A stretch of 64,000 nucleotides of DNA from Cyanobacteria bacterium J06626_4 (GTDB taxonomy: Bacteria; Cyanobacteriota; Cyanobacteriia; Phormidesmidales; Phormidesmidaceae). The notes under the pieces were generated by a model that saw only the letters and a program-made list of their open reading frames with translations, searched no databases and was not told the origin of the DNA. Shown here one piece after another: positions 1 to 7,928 of this stretch (position 1 is its first letter; the number at the start of each line of letters is the position of its first letter). Made by a program: the position numbers and the translations under genes. The DNA is taken from NCBI GenBank assembly GCA_038523235.1, contig JBCBJQ010000016.1:1-64000 (forward strand), written 5' to 3'.

Positions 1-116
1 GGAATCATCAACACCCCGAACCAGCCAATGTAAAGGCGGTTTTCGGTGCTGGTGACCCACTGACAAAACTGTTCCCACAACGAAGCGCTTTCGCGCTGCT
101 GTAGTGTAGTCGTCAT
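1..116 (-). CDS. psbA: Photosystem II D1 protein, 5' part (runs off the window edge)
   Basis: Manual translation from ATG at 116: [39 protein letters not shown], the canonical D1 N-terminus; AGGA SD upstream. Not in the ORF track. Confidence 0.98.
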   Translation of the reverse strand, partial: MTTTLQQRESASLWEQFCQWVTSTENRLYIGWFGVLMI

Positions 117-179
117 GATTGGGATAATTCCTAAAAATCGAGATATGGAAGCAAGCCGTTACGTTACGGCTTGTTTCAT

Positions 180-208
180 ACATTACACAAAAGTTCACAA
201 GAAAGCAA
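180..208 (-). promoter_or_regulatory. Putative sigma70-type psbA promoter
   Basis: Minus strand reads TTGCTT (208-203), 17-nt spacer, TAATGT (185-180). Confidence 0.6.
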
Positions 209-224
209 GGCCATTCCAGCCTGC

Positions 225-1220
225 TTAGCGTCTCAGGACTTCACGTATACGGTAGATCGGCCGGTTTTGCGACTCGTGGTAGGTTCTCATCAGCAACTCT
301 GCCAGTAACCCAAAACAGAAGAGTTGCACCCCCGCGAGAAAAAGTACGACAGCTAAAATCAGGAGTGGGCGATCGCCAATCGACTGTCCGAGGCCGAGCT
401 TAAGAAACGTCAAATAGCAGCCCAGCGCAAACCCAGAGATCATCGAGACCAACCCCAACAAACCAAACACATACATCGGTTTGGTCAGAAAGCGCTTCAT
501 AAAATAAACCGTCATGAGATCCATGACCACTCGAAAGGTTCGGCCTAGACCATATTTGCTTTGGCCAAACTGACGAGCATGATGATTGACCGGAATCTCG
601 GTGATGCGAGCGCCCTCAATAAATGCCAAAGCGGGAAGAAAGCGGTGGAGTTCACCGTACAGGTTCATATCTCTGACCAGTTCGGCTCGATAGGCCTTGA
701 GCGAGCAGCCATAATCACGAATTGAGACTCCCGTCACTCGGCCAATGATCCAATTAGCGATTTTAGAAGGCAGCAGGCGGGTGAGCTGAGCGTCTTGCCG
801 ATGCTGACGCCAACCGCTGACGAGGTCATACCCTTCATTGAGCTTATCGATTAGTTTGGGAATATCAGCCGGATCGTTTTGCAAATCGCCATCTAACGTG
901 ATGATAACTTTGCCCCTAGCGTAGTCAAACCCGGCAGCCATCGCCGCCGTTTGCCCATAATTGCGCCGCAGCAGCAGCACGGACAGATCCGGGTTCTCGC
1001 TGGCCAGCTGTTTCAACAATTTAGCCGACCCATCGACCGATCCATCGTCAACACAAATCACTTCGGATGAGCAGTTTAGTGTTGCCACCACCTTCATGAT
1101 GGCGTCAACCAACTTGGGTAGACTTTCATACTCGTTGTAAATCGGCACAACCAGAGATAAATCTAACGAATCCTGCATCATGGAATTATTCGAGGAAGTG
1201 GCGTCAAGTCTAGTAGTCAC
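225..1220 (-). CDS. Glycosyltransferase family 2, ArnC/DPM1-like, with C-terminal TM helices
   Basis: Motifs SLVVPIYNE, VDDGSxDGS, RRNYGQTAA, LDGDLQNDP and two C-terminal hydrophobic helices. True start may be ATG 1181 or 1178. Confidence 0.9.
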   Translation of the reverse strand: MTTRLDATSSNNSMMQDSLDLSLVVPIYNEYESLPKLVDAIMKVVATLNCSSEVICVDDGSVDGSAKLLKQLASENPDLSVLLLRRNYGQTAAMAAGFDYARGKVIITLDGDLQNDPADIPKLIDKLNEGYDLVSGWRQHRQDAQLTRLLPSKIANWIIGRVTGVSIRDYGCSLKAYRAELVRDMNLYGELHRFLPALAFIEGARITEIPVNHHARQFGQSKYGLGRTFRVVMDLMTVYFMKRFLTKPMYVFGLLGLVSMISGFALGCYLTFLKLGLGQSIGDRPLLILAVVLFLAGVQLFCFGLLAELLMRTYHESQNRPIYRIREVLRR

Positions 1221-1453
1221 AGACGTTGGCCCAGAGAGGGTGCTTGAGAGACTCCTAGTGTAAATCTAAAGACTTAGAAAAGGAGCAAACCGTTGGTATC
1301 AACACGCTGAATTCACCAGAATTCTCTGCCGGTTTTAGGCTATCAACCTGACTGAACGCTGCCGCTGAGTCGAAGGGGTAAAGAATTTTTCGCCCTATAG
1401 CTACTGAAACCGGAGTTTATGTTAAGTTAGCGAAGCAAAGTCGATTTGCATAA

Positions 1454-1527
1454 CGGGGCGTAGCGCAGCTTGGTAGCGCACCACTTTGGGGTAGTGGGGG
1501 TCGCAGGTTCAAATCCTGTCGCTCCGA
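1454..1527 (+). tRNA. trnP: tRNA-Pro(GGG), CCA not encoded
   Basis: CGGGGCG acceptor stem, D-loop with TGGT, anticodon arm CCACT-TTGGGGT-AGTGG, T-loop GTTCAAATC, ends CGCTCCGA. Confidence 0.97.
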
Positions 1528-1534
1528 TTGATTG

Positions 1535-1559
1535 AAACCTCCTAGGGATAGGGGGTTTT
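1535..1559 (+). terminator. Hairpin plus T-run just after tRNA-Pro
   Basis: AAACCTCCTA-GGGA-TAGGGGGTTT stem-loop (one G-U pair) ending in TTTT. Confidence 0.55.
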
Positions 1560-1610
1560 ACTGTTTTAAAAGTTGGTTGATTTTGCCCTTCGAGCAGTCC
1601 GGGGGGTATG

Positions 1611-1639
1611 TCAAATGTATTCAAATCTCGTCAAATGTA
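1611..1639 (+). repeat. Three phased direct repeats of TCAAAT with 10-bp period
   Basis: TCAAATGTAT-TCAAATCTCG-TCAAATGTA starting at 1611, 1621 and 1631. Confidence 0.7.
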
Positions 1640-1687
1640 GTCGCAGATTGTGATCCAATTGAGATCATTCAGTCGCTTGAGATCTCA

Positions 1688-1876
1688 ATGGCAAAATCGA
1701 GAAAAGGCACCGTAGTCGTTAGGGTGGTGAAAGGTCGGCTCAGGCTAGTTTGGTCGTTCTGTGGCCAGCGGTATTTCTTCACTCTGGGGCTAACCGACAC
1801 CAAGGCAAACCGAGCGATCGCGACGCTCAAAGTCGTCTAGATTGTGCACGATATGGTCCACAAGGTAGTAAATTAG
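1688..1876 (+). pseudogene. Truncated tyrosine integrase remnant (N-terminal arm-binding/DUF3596-like domain only)
   Basis: MAKSRKGTVVVRVVKGRLRLVWSFCGQRYFFTLGLTDTKANRAIATLKVV*IVHDMV resembles the N-termini of cyanobacterial phage integrases. In-frame TAG at 1838-1840, no catalytic domain, 160 bp downstream of a tRNA. Confidence 0.75.
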
Positions 1877-2057
1877 CGCTAATTTCCCTGAAACGTGCGC
1901 CCTCAAATCAAGCTAGCGACCCTGACCACAGTTCTAGAACATCACTGGATTGTGAAATCAAACCTGTGAAATCTAAAATTTGGAACACTTAGATAAGGAT
2001 GAGACCAACTCTGTTGCAGATTTTTCACACTTGTTCCCGAGCGTTGACTCAGCCTCA

Positions 2058-3257
2058 CTAAAATCCATAATCCCAACGGGCACGGTAGCCTCGTGCATCG
2101 ATGTGGGTGAACTGGGCAGCACTTGCTAGCCCTCCTCTTGCGCCCCACCAGGCATCGAGCTGAGAATAAACCTCACTAGGGCGAATACCCTCAATCAAAA
2201 AGTTCACTGCATCGCCACTGAGGTGACGAGACAGTTTGCTGCCGCCCACCCGTACGTTTGTGGCCGGGTCACGATACCAGGAGGTAATCGCAATGGAGCG
2301 ATTACCAAACAACACTCGTACCTCTTCCATCGCTTCCGCAATCCGAATCATGCCGTAGACTACATCAACGCTAGCTGGAATTCGGGTGCCGCCATGGGTA
2401 GCTTGAGCCCAGGTAAAGTAGCCACCTTTGATGATGGCATCATTAGCGTAATAGGCCCCTTGAAATCCCGGCAAGTTGAGCAGCTGGCCGAGATCGCCGG
2501 TCTGCACCTGTCCAGCCTCATTCTGGTCTTGAGGGCGATCGCGAGGGTCGGTGCCCTCAATTTCCACATCAGGGGCAAAGGCATACCAAACTACTCGGCT
2601 GTCTTCGCCTAAAGATGAGCCTTCTAGCGTCACCTTGAGAAAATCACCTTCGACGTCGCTGTAAGATTGCAAGCCAAAGGTTTTGTGCTTCGGGACAAAG
2701 ACTCTTTCCGTCGGCGCTAACTGACCGGATAACACAGGCTTAACTTTAAACAGGGTGTCGTTGATTACCTTCAGGGTAATTTTCTGACCGGCAATTTTGA
2801 TGTCGGCAGCATTCGCATACCAAGTATCGAAGCGACCAGCACCCAGCTGTGTATCTGCTAGCTGGAGCTTCAAGTGATTTTCAGCGGCGGGTGAGTAGGA
2901 TTGCAGCTCAAACTCGCTGTCAGCCGACACGAAGACTTTTTCGGCGTCAGCCAGCTCACTTGAGAGCACTGGCCGTTGCTTAAAGACGGTGTCGTACAGA
3001 GCTTTGACCATGACCTCAGACCCCTGAACGTCAATATCAGCTTTTTGCACATACCAGGTAAAGACCTGCGGCTGGGCCACTATGGCGTCAGCCAGCTCCA
3101 GCCGAAAATGGTGATTTTCAGCCTCGGTAAAGAATTTAACGTCAAACTCACTGCCGCTGGCGATATAGAGCTTTTCAGCGTCTGTCAACTCGCTCGACAA
3201 TACTGGCTGACGCTTAAATAAAGTGTCACTTTTAACTGTAGCCTTCATAGCAATCAC
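2058..3257 (-). CDS. Peptidase M15A-like (D-Ala-D-Ala carboxypeptidase/endolysin-type) protein with three N-terminal repeats of about 78 aa
   Basis: C-terminal motifs ITSWYRDPATN..VGG..SRH..GDA and FTHIDARG; three repeats beginning DTLFKRQPVLSSEL, DTVFKQRPVLSSEL and DTLFKVKPVLSGQL. Confidence 0.85.
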   Translation of the reverse strand: MIAMKATVKSDTLFKRQPVLSSELTDAEKLYIASGSEFDVKFFTEAENHHFRLELADAIVAQPQVFTWYVQKADIDVQGSEVMVKALYDTVFKQRPVLSSELADAEKVFVSADSEFELQSYSPAAENHLKLQLADTQLGAGRFDTWYANAADIKIAGQKITLKVINDTLFKVKPVLSGQLAPTERVFVPKHKTFGLQSYSDVEGDFLKVTLEGSSLGEDSRVVWYAFAPDVEIEGTDPRDRPQDQNEAGQVQTGDLGQLLNLPGFQGAYYANDAIIKGGYFTWAQATHGGTRIPASVDVVYGMIRIAEAMEEVRVLFGNRSIAITSWYRDPATNVRVGGSKLSRHLSGDAVNFLIEGIRPSEVYSQLDAWWGARGGLASAAQFTHIDARGYRARWDYGF

Positions 3258-3663
3258 TCTCTACACAAGCGGCTCAGGCGGATGGCTGCGGGCTGTCAGT
3301 TTAACCGGTTGGGAACAGCAGGTTTCGGCTGCTAGGTGATCGCCGCAAACAAGCTCTACTACCACCTGTAAACCATCAGGAAGCGTGAAATCGCCGCAAA
3401 TCTCTCGCCTTCCATAGCCTGACTCATCGGTGATTATGCCTTAACCTGCTGTAAATGGATTAAGAAACTTTGGACGATTTGAGGGAAATCGCCGCTTTTT
3501 GATACTCCGTGACGATTCTGAAATAATCTCTGGGCGAATAAAGCCGCAACTTCCGGAGACTCGCCGACGCTTGTATGGTTTCTGACAGGGCATGTATTCA
3601 CCCAAGACGTGATGACAGAAATCAGCTTCGAGACTGAGGCAATTAATCGACTTTCTGATGGGC

Positions 3664-4026
3664 TCAACACAACGCGAGGGCCGGTATTGTCTGTACTAGG
3701 GCGGAGGTCACGGTAGCAGGCCAGGCACCCTCCACCTGACGCCCCTGCAGCAGGATAAATCGTAGACTGTACTGGTTGGGGAATCCTTCCACCTCAACCC
3801 AAATATGAGCCGTCTCTTGCTCACAGGTGATGCGTTCTTCGGCCATGAGTTCACTAGCCATGCTCTGAAGCGTCTCGGCCAGTTGCAAAGCGAGGCGACA
3901 AAAATCCGCAAACTCCGGCTGCGTTAGCTCAACGGCCCAGCGATCGCCCCCCACTAAGCCCTTAAAAACATTGGCGTCTGGGTCATAGCCCAAACGCCAA
4001 CCAGTCCCCTCTTTGAGGTGACGCAT
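3664..4026 (-). CDS. DUF1818 family protein
   Basis: Motifs EGTGWRLGYDP, LVGGDRWAVELT, ELMAEE, EGAWP; typical position downstream of rpoZ. Confidence 0.85.
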   Translation of the reverse strand: MRHLKEGTGWRLGYDPDANVFKGLVGGDRWAVELTQPEFADFCRLALQLAETLQSMASELMAEERITCEQETAHIWVEVEGFPNQYSLRFILLQGRQVEGAWPATVTSALVQTIPALALC

Positions 4027-4030
4027 TACC

Positions 4031-4261
4031 CTATTCGCCAATAATTTCCGGCTGCGTCAGCTCATCAGACATCTCAATAATGGCTCTTAGCACCGGCTTC
4101 ATGCGAGGGTCGTCATAAGCTTCAAACTCCTCAAACCGGCGGCGTTGGGCGCGATTGGCCACTTGCACTGTGATGCGATATCGATTAGACGCTGCGTTAA
4201 TCAGCTCTTCCTGCCGGCGCATTAGCTGCTGGTTGTCGAAGGGCGAGTTGTTTCTGAGCAT
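4031..4261 (-). CDS. rpoZ: RNA polymerase omega subunit (Ycf61 type)
   Basis: [15 protein letters not shown] and [14 protein letters not shown]. Confidence 0.95.
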   Translation of the reverse strand: MLRNNSPFDNQQLMRRQEELINAASNRYRITVQVANRAQRRRFEEFEAYDDPRMKPVLRAIIEMSDELTQPEIIGE

Positions 4262-4290
4262 AAAGCCTGCGAGGTAATCTTTAAGATGCC

Positions 4291-4299
4291 ATTATACCA
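4291..4299 (-). promoter_or_regulatory. Extended -10 box upstream of rpoZ
   Basis: Minus strand TGGTATAAT (TGn-TATAAT) 30 nt upstream of the rpoZ ATG. Confidence 0.6.
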
Positions 4300-4492
4300 A
4301 GACACTTCGGTTTTCTGCGGTTTCTCTTGAGGCGTCAATGACCATGATTCCCTGGGCGGGGGATTGAACAAGTCATCGGATTTGTTTTTTGAATGGGAAT
4401 CGACGAGCACTGCCAACATTCACTACCTTGAGAAGTCATACTCGAGACGGTATAGATAGGCACCATTATCCGTACGCCTCTGCGAGACCCCG

Positions 4493-5395
4493 ATGACACA
4501 AGCCGATTTCTCCTCTGGTTCCCTCTGGTCGCTCGTTCAAGACACGACTCAGCAAGCCCTTAAAAGCGGTGCGCTAGAGCCCATCGCGACTCAAACCTAT
4601 GTCCTGACAGCAGGGGAACTCGATTTTACAGTACGCGTTGTTGATAGCCTCGCTCGTAAAGAAGCGGCACGATCGCGGGCCGCCAAATCAGCTCCGCCGG
4701 TCAATCCGTTTTTGCCCTACGAAGAAGCGTTGTTTGTTGCGTCCCTTTCAGATACCCATGTCTGTTTGCTCAACAAGTTCAACGTGGTCGACCATCACCT
4801 GCTGATGGTGACCCGACACTATGAATCACAAGATGCCTGGCTAACGCGGCCAGACTTGGCGGCGTTAGCCCGCTGCCTAATCGAGATTGAGGGATTGGGA
4901 TTTTATAACGGCGGCGCGGCGGCAGGTGCGAGTCAGCCCCACAAACATTTGCAGCTGGTGCCTTTACTAGCCCCAGCGGGAACGGCGGCTTTGCCCATTG
5001 TCCCAGCAATCGCCCCGCATCGAGAAGCCTTGAAAATCGCTAGCCAAGTTCCCAATCTACCGTTTAGACATAGCATCCAATCCTATGTCTGGCAGTCGCT
5101 GCAGGGTAGTCATCACACCCTGACGAGCCGCTTGCTAGAGGCGTACCAGCAAATCATGGCTGACTTAGGCATTCGCCAGCAAAACGATCAGCCAAGTGCG
5201 CCCTACAATCTGCTCGTCACGCGGGATTGGATGATGGGGGTGCGGCGATCGCAGGCCAGCTACGAGGGCATCAACGTGAATAGCCTGGGCTATGCGGGAT
5301 GGCTGTTAGTCAAAGACGCGTCTGGCCTCGAACAGCTCAAACAGATTGGTCCGCTGACGCTGCTTGAGCAAGTGGGGTATCCGCTCGGTACTTGA
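4493..5395 (+). CDS. ATP adenylyltransferase / Ap4A phosphorylase family protein
   Basis: Motifs NPFLPYE, LLNKFNVVDHHLL, FYNGG..AGASQPHKHLQ (HxHxQ) and VNSLGYAG. Confidence 0.9.
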   Translation: MTQADFSSGSLWSLVQDTTQQALKSGALEPIATQTYVLTAGELDFTVRVVDSLARKEAARSRAAKSAPPVNPFLPYEEALFVASLSDTHVCLLNKFNVVDHHLLMVTRHYESQDAWLTRPDLAALARCLIEIEGLGFYNGGAAAGASQPHKHLQLVPLLAPAGTAALPIVPAIAPHREALKIASQVPNLPFRHSIQSYVWQSLQGSHHTLTSRLLEAYQQIMADLGIRQQNDQPSAPYNLLVTRDWMMGVRRSQASYEGINVNSLGYAGWLLVKDASGLEQLKQIGPLTLLEQVGYPLGT

Positions 5396-5406
5396 TGGGA
5401 TCAGCT

Positions 5407-7608
5407 CTAAGGAGTCAAGCTCTGTTCAGGATCTAAAGAAGACGCAGAGTCTGACTGGGGCACAGGACTGCGGTTAGCCGCCGGTGCGACGGCTTGGGGG
5501 GGACGGCGCGCCTGTTTAGAAGAAGGGACGGACAGTGGCGGCGGCTGCACCTTAACCGTCTGCGCCTGCTCGGGCGGAGAGCCCATGCCGTAGGTCAGGT
5601 GGTAGCTCTGGGCCAGCAGCCAAAAGAATAGAGCCGGATAGGTCTTTTCTACCCAGCCTCGGTTTTGGTTGAGCCACCCAGGAAACCAGCTAAATAGCCA
5701 CAGCAGGAAGGTTTGGAGCGTGTAGTTGAGATAGCTGCCCAGCCAGCGCAGTAGGTCTTGGGTACCAGCGAGTTGCCAGATCCACCACAGCAAAGCGGGG
5801 TTTTTGCTAGCAGCGGTGAGCGCCATGCGGTTAAATTCACTCCAGGTGGCTCGATCTTTGATAAAACGATCGGCAACGGTGGATTCCTCTGATTCCAGAA
5901 TGCCGAAGAAGGTGTTCAGCATAGAATTGACCCGAGCCGGGGGAATGACCCGACCAGTCGGCACCATCATGCCTTTAGAAAAGAGCCAGGTGACGGCAAC
6001 GTTACTTTGAAACGCGCGAACTTGATTGAGGTGTTTCGCTTTTAACAGATCATGACGCAGGGCCACATCCAACAAATTGGTTAACCGCGCTAGATTACGG
6101 ATTAGGGAGCCAAAGCCCGTAAACACCAGGGGCGACTGCAAAGAAGCCGCGTCGCCGATCGCGACTAGGCGATCAAAGGCGACAGTGCGATCGTCCTTAC
6201 CCAGGCTGAAATAGCCGGGAATATAGCCAAATGTCGGTTTGCGCCAGGTAAGTTTATCGAGGTTGCAGCGGCGATATTCCGGCAGGATATGGAAAAAGTC
6301 TTCGTACATCGTCAACAGCGACCCCGGATTGTCGGGATGCACCTGGTGATAATGAAACAGGTAGATCGTGAGTTCTTTCCCCTGAGACGGGAACAGCTCC
6401 CAGATTAGCTGCCGCCCCCGAGAGATATCCCCATGGCTAAACAACACGTCGCCGTAGGTGGAGTCCCACACTTCGGGCTCAAACCCGCCGGAAACGCAAG
6501 CGCCGACGGTAGGGCAAACGCTATCAAAAGCTCGACCATTGTTAAGCTGCCAGGCGATGGGCGAAGCCGTGCCCATGGCATCGATCAGCAACCGACCGGA
6601 GGCGATTTTGGGGGTGTTAGTCGTGCGATCGCGGGCCTGAATAGTGACGCCCTCGTCGCCGACCTGGGCATGCTCAAATTCCGTTTCGTCCCAGATGGTG
6701 CCGCCAGCAGCCAGGAGTTTTTCGCCGCAGCGTTTGAGCAGTGCCTCTGAGTTCAGCGCGACGTTGAGCACGGTGGGTGTATGCAGCACCGGCGCTTTGG
6801 CCACAGCCGGATTGTTGGCATCGAAAAATTTGTTATAGCCGTCTTCATATTCGCGGGCAATCAACGACTCAAATTCGGCCTCAGTGAAGAGTCCTAAGTC
6901 AATCAAACTTTGAAACTCGGCGCGGGAGATGTTCCACTCACGATGCATGCGGCCAAAGGGCAGCCGCTCAATCATCAAGACCCGGTAGCCCAGGCTGGCC
7001 ATCACCGCGGCATGAATGATGCCCAGTGCCCCCCCGACATAAACAATGTCGAAGGTCTCTGAGGGGTTAGCGGTGGCATCTGCAACTGCCGCAGCCGGCA
7101 GCGGTTCCGTCTGACGAAAGATGACTTGTCTGGGTGCTTTGGGCGATCGCACACTGTCGCACCAGCGCTTTTCCCACCAGTAGACGCGCTCCAGGTCAGC
7201 CTTGCCGTTGGGCATCCGCTGAAAATAAGTCACTGTCTTCGGAAAGTGAGCCGCCAGCGCCTCGAAAATGGTTTCTTGCTCGGGGGCAAAAGGTGGCAGT
7301 TCGGGAAAAGTGGGCGGAAATGTTTGATTGATCTGCTGTTCTAGCTGGCGAATCAGGCGCGCTTCTTGGGGTAAAGGGGTGTCTCCCCAGCGATAGGCCT
7401 TGAGGTAAGTAGTGCGTTGCAGCGACCACACAAACACCGACAGCGCCCTAGGCAAGGCCGATGCCGCACTGGGGTGAGGAAACTCTAACCGGAGACCATC
7501 GACCGTGGCGATCGCCGTACCGACGGCAGGCTCAAACGTCTCTTGCAGCCAAGCCCGCACGGCCAACGTGTTCGGGGTGGGAACTTCTAAATAAAGCAGT
7601 TCTTTCAT
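5407..7608 (-). CDS. cruA: FAD-dependent oxidoreductase, CruA-type lycopene cyclase
   Basis: FAD motif DIVYVGGALG, REWNISR, DAMGTASP, GDAASLQSPLVFTGFGS. The long N-terminal domain (MKELLYLEVPTP) favours CruA over the shorter CruP. Confidence 0.75.
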   Translation of the reverse strand: MKELLYLEVPTPNTLAVRAWLQETFEPAVGTAIATVDGLRLEFPHPSAASALPRALSVFVWSLQRTTYLKAYRWGDTPLPQEARLIRQLEQQINQTFPPTFPELPPFAPEQETIFEALAAHFPKTVTYFQRMPNGKADLERVYWWEKRWCDSVRSPKAPRQVIFRQTEPLPAAAVADATANPSETFDIVYVGGALGIIHAAVMASLGYRVLMIERLPFGRMHREWNISRAEFQSLIDLGLFTEAEFESLIAREYEDGYNKFFDANNPAVAKAPVLHTPTVLNVALNSEALLKRCGEKLLAAGGTIWDETEFEHAQVGDEGVTIQARDRTTNTPKIASGRLLIDAMGTASPIAWQLNNGRAFDSVCPTVGACVSGGFEPEVWDSTYGDVLFSHGDISRGRQLIWELFPSQGKELTIYLFHYHQVHPDNPGSLLTMYEDFFHILPEYRRCNLDKLTWRKPTFGYIPGYFSLGKDDRTVAFDRLVAIGDAASLQSPLVFTGFGSLIRNLARLTNLLDVALRHDLLKAKHLNQVRAFQSNVAVTWLFSKGMMVPTGRVIPPARVNSMLNTFFGILESEESTVADRFIKDRATWSEFNRMALTAASKNPALLWWIWQLAGTQDLLRWLGSYLNYTLQTFLLWLFSWFPGWLNQNRGWVEKTYPALFFWLLAQSYHLTYGMGSPPEQAQTVKVQPPPLSVPSSKQARRPPQAVAPAANRSPVPQSDSASSLDPEQSLTP

Positions 7609-7928
7609 CAGGGCAAAAATTGATTAGGCAGTTTTTAAAACGTGAGACTGGCTCTACGCCACCCGATTCAAAGCCAGACAGATCGGTTTTTGAAGGCTAA
7701 TGTTGTGATCTTCCTACATTAAACCTTAAGGGCTCACCCCTTGCAGGTGAGGCCACTAGGGTTTGAGCTATTTTGAGCGGCGACGCCAGCCGGTAACCGG
7801 GGCTTGGGGCAGCGCAATGTCAGTAGCTGACAGGCCTCAGGACTGTAACCAGGGCATCGACATCGGGGCGGTTCGGCTCGATGCTGAACGGTTGCTGACA
7901 GCGTTTGAGGTTGATTGTGAGGGTCACT

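Noticed and set aside
1427..1624. 65-aa minus-strand ORF containing GATGFEPATP
   Set aside because: Antisense translation of tRNA-Pro, a familiar artefact.
3434..3670. 78-aa ORF overlapping the DUF1818 stop, or a possible ncRNA
   Set aside because: No recognisable protein motif or RNA family consensus; more likely the upstream region of the M15 gene.
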